Source: Klebsormidium nitens (lineage: Eukaryota; Plantae; Klebsormidiophyceae). From it: a DNA stretch of 64,000 nt. Below, in pieces: positions 23,301 to 47,441 of the stretch. The first letter of the stretch is position 1, and each line of letters begins with the position of its first letter. The stretch lies in the NCBI GenBank assembly GCA_000708835.1, contig DF237360.1:1-64000 (forward strand), written 5' to 3'. Both the position numbers and the translations under genes were made by a program. The notes beneath the pieces are model-generated. The model was not told where the DNA came from. It saw nothing but the letters and a program-made list of their open reading frames with translations, and did not search any database.

Positions 23301-26300
23301 CGTTTTGTACACCTCCGGACGGCTGTTGTTTGGCCTGGGAGAGCAGCGTCCGCAGCTCGGCGAGCACCTGCAGTTGACGGGCGTGTTATGTTCAGTGATA
23401 AGCCGTGCAGATCAGTGAGCGAAGATTGTAGTCAAACGCGACGCATGGCTTGCTCAAGGCGGAGTAAAGCCGACGCTTGCAGAGCGCCGTTGCCGAGCAA
23501 GGCAAAGACAGGTATGGAGATCCCCTTAATCCCAGACGAGAAGCGCTGTCAACATTGATTCTGCATCGAGGTGTCGATCGACGCAGGTCTCCTTCTTGAA
23601 ATGTCTCAAACGGTCAGGTTCCTGTCCGTTTAAAGCACTGAACATCAGCAAAAGCGCTCTCGCGACGTGCGAACCAGCAGCGCACCCGCTGACCTTCCGA
23701 CCGAGAGTGCCCCTGAAGCGAAGACACGCATGAATCCCGAAACACTTTCTGTTGTCAATCACGAAACTCGTTCGATGCATAAAGCAGCCAAAGAATGCAG
23801 CGCTGTGCTCAAATGAAGATCAACGTTCCCAGCAACTCTAGCCAATTGCGAAGCAACTCGCAAGACAACCTTGAGGCAACTCTAAGACGATTCTGGAGCG
23901 GTTTTGAAGCAACTCGTAAGGCAACTTTGAAGCACTTCTAAGAGGGTACTCTGAAGCGATTTTGTAACACGAAGCAATCCTTTAATTGGGACCGGAAGAC
24001 GGACCTGCGGCGCGATCTCGTCCTTGTACGCGGTGGTGGCGCATCCGACAGCGACCGCGGCACTCTCGCGCACCGAGGGAATGCCTTGAAGGGGGTCAAG
24101 GACAAAGGGGCAACAAACGAAGGGGCGCTTTTTCACCGGAAGTTTCATCGAGGCCTCGACATGCCAGCCTTAAAATACCCGTACTTCTCGAGCTAGGAAC
24201 ATGGACACCGGCACTTCGATGACGTCAGGGTGTGCGTTTTGGAAGGCTTTCCAAAAAGTGAAGCATGACCTGATTTGGCGGCGAACCTCTGTCCCAAGTA
24301 CGGGGAATCCGAATGAGCTAGCAACCCCCAATCTTGGCTATTCTTGAGCTGTTTCGATTTTGTTCGTACTGGATTCACTGTCAAGAAGTGCCCATCAGCG
24401 GAATAACAGCAGCAACAATCCGAGCAGCAAGCGCGCTTGGGGATACTGTCTCTCAGAAGCGAGAGCCACGTGGACAGGAGCTGGTCGCGCGAGGCACGTG
24501 AAACGTCAGGAAAAGTAACCACGCACTGGCCGGATGCTGCACAAGGAGTGGATGCAGAATTTGGCATTGGGGCGGCGAAAATCGCACTTATCATACGGCG
24601 AGCTTGTGTTAGGCTTGCTGAGATAAAACTTCGAGGACCACGAGCCCCAGATTGTTAGAACGGAAGGAGGGAGACCGTGGACTCCCCAGCCGAGGTACGA
24701 GACCCCTCTTAGCCATACCCCCTAGAATCGACGGTCTGGGTAGATTGACCTTACTAGAATAACCGTCGAACAAAGGGGTCATAAGGAATGGGGTTTCTAC
24801 GGAGTACGCCGGAAGTCCCTGTTCTCATCCTCCTTCCGTTCAGTCAGGGTTCAGACGAGTCAGACGGGTCGGAAGCGTTTCGGTCTGCGACCTTTCAAGC
24901 ATCTTTAGAATGTTGTCATCGGGTAACTGCTAACCGTGGTGCTCATGCCTTTGGAACGTACAACCTTGTGAAAGAGGGCGAATCTGTACCTTTCAAGATG
25001 CAAAACAGAGGTTGCAGAGTGCTTGTTCCCGACATTCCAACAAAGCACGTGTTAATTCCAGAGTGTAAGCCCAACAGAAAGCACGTGCCATTTCCGAAAG
25101 TGTAAACCCAACAGAAAGCACGTGTCATCTCCGGAAGTGTAAATCCAGCAGAAAGCACGTGTCACTTCCGGAAGTGTAAACCCAACAGAAAGCACGTGTC
25201 ATTTCCGGAGTGTAGATACGCCAAGGCCCACCTGCGCACGCTGCCTCCCTCACGGGCCAATTCACATCGCCCATCGCCGGCAGAAGCGCCCGGAGCATTC
25301 CCCCGACCTGCGGGGCGACGCGCGCGGGATCCACTTTTGCCGCCATTTCCCCCATGCAATGGCACGCCGCCTCTCTAACCGCGTAATTGCTTGACGAACA
25401 CTGCTGGACGTAGTAGGCTGCGGTTTCCGGCGCGATCCTCGCGAGCGCGTCGCGCCCGTTAGTGCCCATCGCTAGTTTCCACGTCTCCTGGGAGAAGATG
25501 CGGACGCCCTCCGCGATGTAGTGGCGGTTAAGGCACCTGCGGACGGTCCGGTTAAGCATCGGGTTAAGGGAATTAGGCAGGGTTGACGATGGGGTTAAGT
25601 AGGGTTCGTATTAAGGGGATTAGGCATGGTTGACGATAGGGTTAAGAGAGTTTCATAGTTCAACCCTGGCCTTGACATTTTCTTTGCGGATTGCTCTGGG
25701 TTCTTCTCCCGTCCTGCGAGCTTCTAAAATGGGCTTCCAGGGGCTTGGAAGAGGAACATGGACGGAGGGATTGACTGTCGTAGTTGCGCAAAGCCAATCT
25801 CAAGGACCTGAGGACTGTCCGGTTGAGCGGCGGGGTGAGGTTGAGGCAGGCTTGGCGACGACTTCAGAAGGTTAGAGAGCTCTACCCCCCTCGCCTCTGC
25901 TTGCCTTTCCTGCTGTTCGTACGTCTTGACTTTTTTCCTGGATTGTTAACTGTTTGCCCTCTTTTGCATGAGTTTTTGGGGACTCGAAACAGGTGGTTGA
26001 ACGAAGGGGCCGACTAACTAGTCAGTCCAAATGCACAATTTCAGTCTTCTTTCAAAGGCTGATTCTGGCCCGAAAAGCCATTCCTCCGGAATGCAATTTT
26101 CAATACCACGTCTGAGCAACACCATTTCTGCGACGTCGATTCACCTTTCAGGTACCATTCTTTCACAAGATCGAGCAGAACAAGGAGTGAAGTGAATAGC
26201 ATGATTTCAAGTAGAAGAAACATTCCAAGAAACATTCGGCGGAAGGCTCACATGGGCGGCAGAAGCATGCCGTACAAGCGCTGAGCGTCAGCCGTAGCCG

Positions 26301-29300
26301 CAACGACGAACGCACGAGTGGCCACGGAAGCAGCTGCGAGCATCGACAAAAGAGTGACGTCAGCATGAGAATGACGTTTCTGTGGTAGGCGGACTTTGTG
26401 AGAATTGAAAGATGAGTGATCTTCGAAGAGAAAGATTCTCACAAATGTAGCTGAACATGATTCCCACATGGCGTATGCCCGATGCACGCACCAAATTCTC
26501 TTCACTTCCAGAGATGAAGATGGTCTCTGACGACATTCCCTCGGGTGAAGCAGTCGAGAAGGCTCACAGGTCAATCCGTTGAAGGAGGCCAGATTCAAGA
26601 CAGGACTCCAGCGACGAGATTGACAGAGGATAAAAGCACAGCTGACTTACGGCTTTCTCTTTGTGTAAGGACGGAGATCGTCCTGTAAATGTACTTCAGG
26701 ATGGAACCGTCCGAGCCCCGTTCGGCAAGCAGCTCTCGACCGCTCAATAGTGGCAAGTCCCTTGTCTTCCAAGGAGCTTGTCTCCAAATATGAAAAAGCC
26801 GTGGGCACCGCCTCTAAAATCCTTGATCCAAAAACTTAGGTGCTTCGCACCCCTACCCACCCTACCCTCCAAAGCAAACCCTACCCGTCCCTCCACCTAT
26901 GAACCTTAGGGGATAAAGGAACTGCCACAATGACCGCTCACCGTATCTAACCTGGCTCCAATTGTCCCCTAGCCCGGCCGCCAGCATGTCCGCAATCGCA
27001 GCGCCGCTGCACATGTCAGAACAAATGCTTACGTCAGCGGGTTCTGACGACATTGACGCCCGTTTCGGGGACGTTCCAAACAAACGCCGTCACTGGGGCG
27101 GCACCACGAAAGGAAGGTTTTCGGCAGGACCTGACTGACGTCGTAGACATCCTCAGCCCTGCGAACATAATAAACCGACGGGACAGTACGGTTGGGACAC
27201 GGAGTGGCGAAGGTCGGCCGTACAAGCCCCACTGCCAAACAATGAATGTTTCACGAACGACCTGTTAAAATGTTTCTTCGACAAGCAAGCTGTTTTGGCC
27301 TGGACGGACGAACCCACTGAAACAAAAGGAAGGAAAGAACAAATACAGAAAGGAACAGAAATGAGAGGACGCTTCAGCAGAAGCGAAGGCGAGCGACGGT
27401 AAAGCATGGTTCGTGCCTAGGACTCCAGCCGTTAGACCATCTTCTGAACGCCATTTGAACCACTTTTTGAAGGGGATGTATTGAAACTCACTCTTGCACT
27501 TTTTCCCCAAGGGACCCCCCGAACAGCGCCCGCAGCGTGTAGAACCCCGTCTCACGCACGAAACGATTCTTGTGCGTCAACGCCCGCTTGATAGCCGCCC
27601 ACATTCGCGCGTCGACGAGAGGGATTCCTGGGTCCGGCGGAGCGGCGGGCCCCTCAGCCCGGCCTTCGAGCAGCCGTTGCAGCGTTTTGAAGGAGGTTTC
27701 GAGGCGCTGCAAGCTGCCCATGGTTGCCTGGGGGAAAACGCAGGATTGTGTAATCAAACTGGTTGACTTCGAAGAAGGAGCAAAGCCAAAGCAGGAACAA
27801 AAGAACAGGCAGACTATTGTCCTTCTCCTCTGAGAGGTAGTAAATCTGTCCGGACGCAATCTCTTCCAAAGGCTTCTGTTCGCCTACGAAGGCCGCAAGG
27901 ATCTCGCTTGTCAGTATATGATTGAGCTAGCGTTTCCCTGTCCATTGAGTGTCCACTGTCCTTTTTTTAGCTCGAGACCCAACTCCTTCCTTCAAGATGG
28001 GAGAGTGATCGATCGATCGTCAGATTAAGTGTGCCCGATTCGTCAGACATCCGGTTTCGCTTCTCTCGTCCCTCCAAACCGTTTTCAGCATAGTCTGACG
28101 ACGGAAGAAAGTTCGAGGAGCCTATAGGGCTACAGTGGCTTCTTTAATCAAAGCAGCTGCTAGAAAGTTACCGCCAGCTGGAAATGCTAAGAACGCCTCG
28201 AACACATAGAGATTTCATTCGTCTTGTTGGGACGTCTACGATCTTGGCAGGAGACATGCTGTTGCGTACCTTGATCGCTCTTAGACGGCATGCACGATGT
28301 GAGAGTGCCAAACTCACCGCCAGCTCCGCTTTCCGGGCCCAGGAGTGCGGCCGATACATGCTCCGCACTCCGCTCTGCGCTGGGTTTGCTCGGGGATTAG
28401 CGGTCGGGCTGGGAACGTCCCCGCTGACGTCATCTTCAGGGCTCGCGTCGTTTGAAGCTGCTTCACGCTCGTAGTTGTCTTCGATGCTCTGCATTATGGG
28501 GCTGTAGGACGAACGGAGCAGGTGGTTCGTTGAAGACCAATTTAAAAACACAGGTCGGGGAGCAAGGGACAATCCGAACGGTTGCACGATATCCAGATGA
28601 TAACCAAGTTCGTCCGCTAAGGACGGGCAGTTTACAAGTGCTGACTTGGTTTCTCAAGACAAGGCCCGATTAAGAACAAGAAGGCCTGGATCGTAACCTT
28701 GCTTATCGGAAAGCGACCAGATGTCGATGGAGATTGGAGGTGACCTCAGAAGCTTGCAGCACCGTTCAAAAGAGGGCAAAGAGTATGCCCATGAGTACCG
28801 AGGTTTGTTGGCAGAGGGAGGTTTTCTTACTCGCGAACAGTCAAGAAGGTCTGGTTGTCCGCGGTTCGCGCAAGCACAAAGACGCACTCTGCCACCGCCA
28901 GCCTGCAGGCCAAAGTCCAGATGGTTGGAATAGGTTCTTGAGTTGTTGGTGATCATCTCGAGTTGTTGATGACTGGGCTAGGTTCTTGAGTAGTTGAAGA
29001 TCATCTCGTGTGTCTAATGAGTGGGCAAGGTTCTTGAGTTCTTGACAATCTTCTCGTGTTTGATGCTGAGATTGCTAGACTCTTGGAGTGTTGATAGTCA
29101 TCTCGTGTTGCTATTTGACAACAGAAATCTTAGAAAGGTATGGTTCAACGTTCTTCTGGATGACTGGATGCTTCAGGGAGAGACTGGCTAAGGTGAAGTC
29201 ATACCAGATACCTTTTCAATCAAGCCAACACTCTGACTTTAGTGAGAAGAACAGGGCGCAGATGGAATGAGTGGCGTAGGGATTGTATTAAGGGCCAACA

Positions 29301-30300
29301 TAGGGCTTCAGTGATGATGCCAATCAAGATCACCTGACGTGTGCTTCGGGATCCTCCAGATGATCCAGCGCCAGCTGCAAGATCTCCCCCGCAAAGGCGG
29401 CATCTTTGGACTCGGACAGGATGACCTGCAAAACATTGGGGAAGTACGAACGAGTGCTCGTTGGTCTGAGGTTTACGCTTACCAGCTGCAGAGCCGATGC
29501 AAGTGTTACAGTTAAGGAGTCGAAGCAGTCACTCTGATATCTGTCAATATGAAGGCAAGCTCCTTCCTCCCCCAATCACATCAAGACCGAGAATACCAGC
29601 TGAAGTATGATTCAACTCCTATCCTTTGTAACATCCAACATGAATCGAATGCTAAGTGCTTTCCAAATGCGACGCTCAACAACCCTTCAGCAGCTTTGTT
29701 CTGGAATGAGGTGGTAGTTTAGTGCATTCTTAACCATCAAACAACCTCTGATGAAAGTTGGAAGGCCTCGATCGAACTTGGCAACTGGCCAGCATTCGCT
29801 AGACTTGAAATATACTTTCTTTTCACAATTGATGGCCGCAAACCTCCTGAGGACGTACCTTAGCTGCTAGGAATCCTCCATGCTTTGCCTCCCAAGATTC
29901 CGTAGACACCAAGCGCCGCACATTCTCAGCTGCTTCTTCTAGTAAAAGTGTTCTCTCAGCATCTTCTGCACTCGAAGCAGGCACCAGTAAGATCACTGCC
30001 GGACTCTTGTTTGAGGATTTGCTTGTATCACATTCAACATTGGAGCAAACAAAAAGTTTACTGCTGACTGTGCCAGGCAATTGCCACTGTCAACCTCTTG
30101 TGGTCTTTCAACGAGGTTTGTTCAATATTGTCCCTATCAGCAGTCAAATCACAATACAATGCAGCTGTGCGCAATCAAAGGCGAGGCACGCCAAACTCAC
30201 CTGTGCTTTCCAGTTTCTTCTCCAGCTGTATGACTGCGCGTTCTCTTTCTATGTGCCTTGCAGCTTGCAATCCATCCCAGATGCTTGCTGCATCGGCCAT
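20315..30300 (-). CDS. HEAT/ARM-repeat protein, uncharacterised family; 16 exons, last intron GC-AG
   Basis: Exons (minus strand) 30300-30201, 29995-29859, 29425-29334, 28902-28831, 28501-28318, 27727-27492, 27006-26942, 26333-26252, 25536-25232, 24536-24447, 24084-24005, 23367-23273, 22484-22286, 21818-21744, 21423-21346, 20566-20315 join in one frame. HEAT signatures: STESWEAKHGG, LEDPEAHVRLAVAE, HKNRFVRETG, LGDNWSQVRYAASVA, SSNYAVREAAC, DVNWPVREAAC, DSIPSVRESAAVAVG. Confidence 0.85.
20507..20910 (-). repeat. 4 x 103-104 bp tandem copies of branch site + acceptor + start of the HEAT gene's last exon
   Basis: CAG|CGCTTGGTG junctions at 20876, 20773, 20670, 20566 (minus strand), each preceded by CTGACG; only the 20566 copy continues into the remainder of the exon. 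Confidence 0.9.
22107..22190 (-). repeat. Frameshifted copy of the 3' end of HEAT exon 13 with its own GTAAGC donor, inside intron 13
   Basis: gagctctgctagaatggggaggaacgcgacactttcttcagaagtaccgccgacag (from 22117) vs gagctctgctagaagagggaggaacgacggcactttctccggaagcactgccgacag (from 22286); 169 bp offset, 1 nt deletion in the copy. Confidence 0.8.
24658..24841. mobile_element. Possible degenerate MITE / inverted repeat in HEAT intron 9
   Basis: Perfect 13 bp IR GAACGGAAGGAGG (24658-24670 / 24829-24841) with imperfect inward extension; no TSD recognisable. Confidence 0.35.
25037..25217. repeat. 5 x ~37 bp intronic minisatellite, each unit containing CACGTG (G-box)
   Basis: Consensus aacagaaagCACGTGtcatttccggaagtgtaaaccc; CACGTG at 25046, 25082, 25119, 25156, 25193. 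Confidence 0.9.
28931..29110. repeat. 4 x ~48 bp intronic tandem repeat in HEAT intron 3
   Basis: Units ggttcttgagt..tga..atcatctcg starting ~28931, 28979, 29027, 29076. Confidence 0.75.
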
Positions 30301-30998
30301 TTGCGAAAGCACGAACGAGTAGGATATCCCTGAACCTGTTGTTGAAGGACTGTCTACTCCTCTCTGCTTTTCCTCCTTTTTTCTGCCTTCGCTTCACTCG
30401 TAGGCGCCAAGTTTGTATTTGAGATCAAGCGTACTGGAACAAATGCCATGCTGCAGGCTGCACTGCAGCGGCGCAGGCTCAGCTCGCAGCGCAAGCCTTG
30501 GCTTTCTCTGGGACTAGAGTAGGCTTCATTCAGTGACGGGAACTGGCACATCCGTGACTGTCCACGGCCTTGATAACGCTGGAGTGCCGGTTTACGTGCA
30601 TCCCCAACAAATACCATTGCCGCACGGCAAGTTGTGTTCTCATTAATTGGCCAAGTGGCAAACTGTCGGGTGACGTAGGCAGTCTGGTGCCAGCTCAGCA
30701 CTTCGAAAAAGTTCAGGGGAAACCACGTGGCAGGCGTAATCATGGCTTCTTCCTTCGGAAAAAAGGAAGGTGGGGGCTGGCCAGCAAGAAGGACTCGAGG
30801 AGAGGGCCGGGCGCTTCAGGGCTGCCTGCTGCAGAACTGCTGAGGTAGGTCGTGGCCTAAACCCGGTCACCTTGCAACACTCCCTCTATCTCGTGTTCTC
30901 TGGCCAGCGCATGTCGGAAAAAGGACGTAATTGAATTCCTTCTCTATTGCATTCAATTACGAGGCATCAACCGCCTCCCTGTGGAACTTTCTGGGAAC
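30301..30998. promoter_or_regulatory. Probable bidirectional promoter between the HEAT gene and the beta-galactosidase gene, with a G-box/ABRE
   Basis: About 700 bp separate the divergent ATGs (30300 minus, 30999 plus); CCACGTGGC at 30723-30731. Function is inferred from position only. Confidence 0.45.
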
Positions 30999-42823
<11,825 letters not shown>

Positions 42824-44127
42824 ACGGACTGATTTTGTGGATCGATCAGCACCTAGTGTAAAGAGCAAACGGCCGCTTTGGGCTCTTTTACAACTGCCCC
42901 GGCCGAGAATTTGAGGACATGACATCCAGGCTGCCTGATTGATCGTCACCTACTTGATTCTGTTACGGTGTACCATAAATTTTGACCGTTGTGCTTGGGA
43001 TACTTTGGTAGCCCTAGATCTGATTTCTCCTTGTGGTAACCATCCGACATGACTCCAGGCCTTGCTGCAGAATCTGCCTAGTGGCTGATTGAACACGAAT
43101 GGGATATCATGCCTCAATTGACGATCTTCACTGTGCTGCTTCACAATCCATGGTAGTTGCAGCTGCCAATGCATGCTCCATTCGCCACAGACGGTGATGC
43201 GGCGACCGTAGTATAGTACTTCATGCATGTTCGACGGTGAGCTAGAGGCCCGCAATCGTTGAATCACGTGTACCACTGAGCCATGTGTGCGCGGCCGCCG
43301 CATGGCATGTACATGCATCATATATGTAGATGGTATACTAACATGACTATATACTTGTCCGGCAACAGGGAGTGTGACTGAGTTTCTCCATATTGGCGTA
43401 TACTAATACATAGCAGGCTCCGCGGGGCCCGCAGACCATGCGGCATTTTTTTCGGAGCTAGCTGCTTAAGCATTAGTAAGTTCAATGTATATCGATATTG
43501 GCGTGCTGGCGCATGCGTGACGCATGCATCGGTATACGCCAGTGCATGTGCATGCGGACATCCATATATATAATGGCATGGCTAGATCCGAACGCAAACG
43601 GAGCAACTGCATGAGTGACTGCATAATGGCATATCGGATTAACAACTTATAGGCTGCCAGGCTGACCGTATAAATAATCTAACTGCAACATATGCTGCCA
43701 GACCATTGTTGCTTATTTTCCATGACTCAGCGGCCCGGCCCGGCAGCTAACTTAAAAACTGGGCGCGGCCGTATGGCCATCGCCCATCGAATTCTGGCAT
43801 GCCCGACTAGCTCAGTGAACCGTACAACGATCACCATGAATCGATGATCGAGCATGGATACTGAGCACATATATAACGGTGATCCAATCGTCGGACTCCT
43901 ACACACCATTGCGAAGGTAAGGTTTAAGGTTCAAAACGACGGCCGCCTGATTCTCAATCGTTCAGATGGACAATTCACTTTGTTCAACGACGTGACCGAG
44001 TGTGTCTGGAATGATATTGAATGCATGTCTGACAGCAACCACATACATTGCCTGCTAAGCGTCCGACAGAAGACAAACTGACAGTTCGGAACACAGTCGG
44101 AGGAAATATGTACAAGCCTACTTCTAC

Positions 44128-47100
44128 CTACGTCGGGGCTTTGCTCCCTGTCACGTGTTGCGCTATCCACCCCAGCCCGTCGTAGAGGCCCTCTCCCGTG
44201 AGCGCACAGCACGCCTGGATGTGCCAGTCGTGCCGCTTTATTGAGTGCAGCGAGAGCGCATCACTAATTTCGGCAGGGGACATCGCGTCTTTCAAGTCCT
44301 GCTTATTTGCAAACACAAGCACTACAGCGGGCTGCAAGTCTTCGTGCTCTAGTAGCTTGAAGAGCTCGTCCCGCACTATGGAGATCCGCGAGCGGTCCGT
44401 GCTGTCTACAACTATGATGACCGCGTGCGTGCCCCGGTAGTACGTCGCCCATGACGTCCGCAGACGGTCCTGCCCTCCGAGATCCCATACCTGCAGGGTT
44501 CGAGGTTGCAGGTGTTTGTGCATTTCCTTTGCGCGTTTTGTCGACAGAAACTTTTTGGCTGACCAGGGGAAACCGGATCGACGTGAAGCAGGCTGCCAGC
44601 TGTCCACCAGGATACAGGGAGGCAGGAAAGAAAGAGAATTGTGACGAGAGCTCGAGATGCTCAACATGTAAGGGACAAGTAAATTTCGAAGCCAGGTGGA
44701 GTGTGCAGAATATTGACAAGAGGGGAGAGTGAACAGCAGAGGGGCTCGCAGGTCGGTCGTTTCTAGAAAGAAGGAGACAACGATAATCACACCGCCAATA
44801 CTTCTTGCCTCTGCGGCTAGGGCAGAGCAGCTGTTGCAGGCGCGAATGGATTGCCCGGATGTTATCTCAAGGTGCTGCTCAGATGCGCAGGACGCACGTA
44901 GCTTCAACAGGCCAGAAAACGAAGACACCTTGATATGTCCGGTTAGGCCAAGACGTTTCCCAAACCGAACGGTAAAACCTTTACACGACTTCCGAACAAG
45001 CGTACTCCGTGCTTTAGTGGGGCAACTTGACGACGAAGGGCATCGAAATACTGCGACACAAATCATCGAACACGGATTTACCAGCATCGTCCTAATTGTC
45101 CAGCAGTACCAATGCCAACGAGCATAATGCTTGGGCCACGCGAGTGTTCATGCATTATCCACAAAGCACCAGCAATTTTAGTGAGAAGTGCGCAAATCTG
45201 GGGTCCCATACAGACGAAGCCCCGCCACCACTTGTCAAGGACACAACGTAAGCTTGCAACAAGTTCCGTCGAGTAGAAACTATCTGATGACAGAATTGGG
45301 TCTAATCTCAGGCCGTAGGTAACCCACTGCTAGAGGCATTCAATAAAGAGGGTCACGGGTGGGGTTAAGAGAATGAACAGTTGAGCTAGACGCCTAAAGC
45401 AGAAGCAAGACAGGTCAACTTCAGACTGGAGTCGACTGACCTTTTGCAAGCGTATACTGCTGACCATAAACTCACAGACCGTCGTTCAGCATGCCAAAGC
45501 GCAAGAACGGAAAATGATAATGAGTGGGAGGGGAGAGAGAGCTCACCTCGAATCTAATGTTTTTATATATCAGTTCCTCCACATTGCTCCCCACCGTTGG
45601 TTGCGTAACCACCACCTCCCCCAGATGCAGCTTATACAATGTTGTTGTCTTTCCTGCAAGTTCAGTAAGTTCGCGCTCATGAGTATTGATGTTCCAGAAA
45701 CACTGTGCATGATAGTGAAGCTTGTCAATGTGTGAAACGTAACCAGAAATTTATCCTCCATATCGAGTCCGGTTCCACAACCTCCGGTTGCTATACCTCC
45801 GCAGGTTAACGACATAATGAATGGCCGAACAGGATTTGCGGGCTGGGGCCATCAGATACTGTCGTACAGGAACATTTGGCTGGGGCCATACAGTCAAGGG
45901 GACTGGATTGGGCGTAGAAAGACTTGCAGTATGGAGCTGTGCAAACAGGTAAACAGTTCCCTTCTCCTTTATTGACGTGTCAGATCAATCTGCATTGCTC
46001 GTTGATACTAGATATTTTATCACATGACTTCTGTGGATTCAGGAGCTTATGATTCTATACTTGTCGAATTACCCCGTCGAGAAAGTTCAGAAGAGTGACT
46101 TTCTTACATAGACTTTCTAACTTAACCAACTAACTAACTGGATTCTCTTCAGAACTGCCACCGAGATGGCACTGGAATATATTTCTGAGGCATGGCCTGA
46201 GCCCATACCGTACGAAGGCAACAGGATCACAAGCACTGAAGAAACGGAAGTTTAATCTGCACTTATACTTCTTGACGAGGAGCTGTAACTTGCCTTGCGA
46301 GTAAAGAATCAACAAGTAAATTAGCAACTTCCTGTCAACAAGCTGGATCATGCTTAAGGGGTACTTCTAAACAGGGCGAGAGAGGGCAAAAGAACTTGAA
46401 TACTAAAGAGAGTAAACCTTGCTCGACTTCATGATATGCAGCCGAAATAGTTTGTCCAAACCCAGCCTGCCAACTGAAGAGCGCTATGAAGAAACAAAGC
46501 TTCACTGTACTGATCCCCTTCTCGCAGCGAGTGGAAGCACAGATTCATTTAAGGTTTAATCTACCCTGAGAAACAAGGGTTGGAAATTAGCGGCAGGTGT
46601 CGAGCTCTTAAAATCTTCAAAAGTTAGCCTGCGGAGCGCTTGAAATAGGACCTAATTCCTGATCCATAAAACAAGGGTGGAGGAGGCCCAACACCAAACG
46701 TGAAAGTCGTATTCAAACCCTAATTTAATCACTGCCTCTACTTAGACAGGCAACTGTCAGAAACGAGAGACTACATAACGTTGCAGAGAGACTGCCATAC
46801 AATTTGGAACTGCCAATTCGCTGATCCAGTAAGTTGACGACATCATGAGCCGGATAGAGGCTACCCACGCTTTCACCACTTCTGCAGAGTGTAAAGCCAG
46901 ACCAACTCCTTGACATTCTTTCACTAAGATCCAATCAAACTTTCATGATAAATTCTGGGGTTGTGGCGGCATTCTAAAACCAGGCATATGTTGACACCAG
47001 GGCGCAGCGCTGGCAGCAAGCGCTTCGAAGAGCATTCACCATTGGTATCTAATCTGGTTATTAGGCTCAACACTAGAAAGGGTGGGGTTAGTGAGGGGGT

Positions 47101-47441
47101 TCAGGGTGGGCAGGATTATGAAGCAGTTAGATGTTTAGGTTTACCTTTTAAAGTTAGCTTTATCTTTAGTACGAATTGAGCTCAACATAACTATTCCTTG
47201 AAGACTATGTCCTCATCTCTAACCTTCTGACGGGGGCATCGAGCAGCGACTGCACCAGCACACCTTGTTCAATCATCAGAAAGCCTGATGCGGATCAGTT
47301 AGTCACCTTCCGCAAAGGAGCATGCAATAACACGAAAGATACGGTACAAAACTTACCTGCGTTGTCCAATCCAACCACGACAATCTTGTACTCCTTTGCT
47401 GGGAACCAAAAGAACCATAGTCTTGATATCAGTGCCCCCAT
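44128..47441 (-). CDS. ARL5: ADP-ribosylation factor-like GTPase ARL5 (plant ARFC1 orthologue); 3 exons, 184 aa
   Basis: Exons 47441-47357, 45653-45547, 44490-44128. [87 protein letters not shown]...[11 protein letters not shown]...[24 protein letters not shown] closely follows Arabidopsis ARFC1 as I recall it. Confidence 0.95.

Noticed and set aside
24430-24446. Start of HEAT intron 10 reading S-I-P like the start of exon 11, as a sign of intron gain by duplication
   Set aside because: Only three codons of similarity with weak nucleotide identity.
25037-25217. 37 bp repeats as a CRISPR array
   Set aside because: Units are contiguous with no unique spacers, there is no cas gene, and the context is a eukaryotic intron.
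25555-25650. GGGTTAAG/TTAGG-rich stretch as interstitial telomere
   Set aside because: It is a degenerate ~50 bp duplication without a run of regular telomeric units.
44491-45087. 198-codon upstream extension of the ARL5 last exon (ORF-track 319 aa ORF)
   Set aside because: The true N-terminus is supplied by exons at 47441 and 45653 with canonical splice sites; the extension has no protein-like features and is most likely a stop-free intron stretch.
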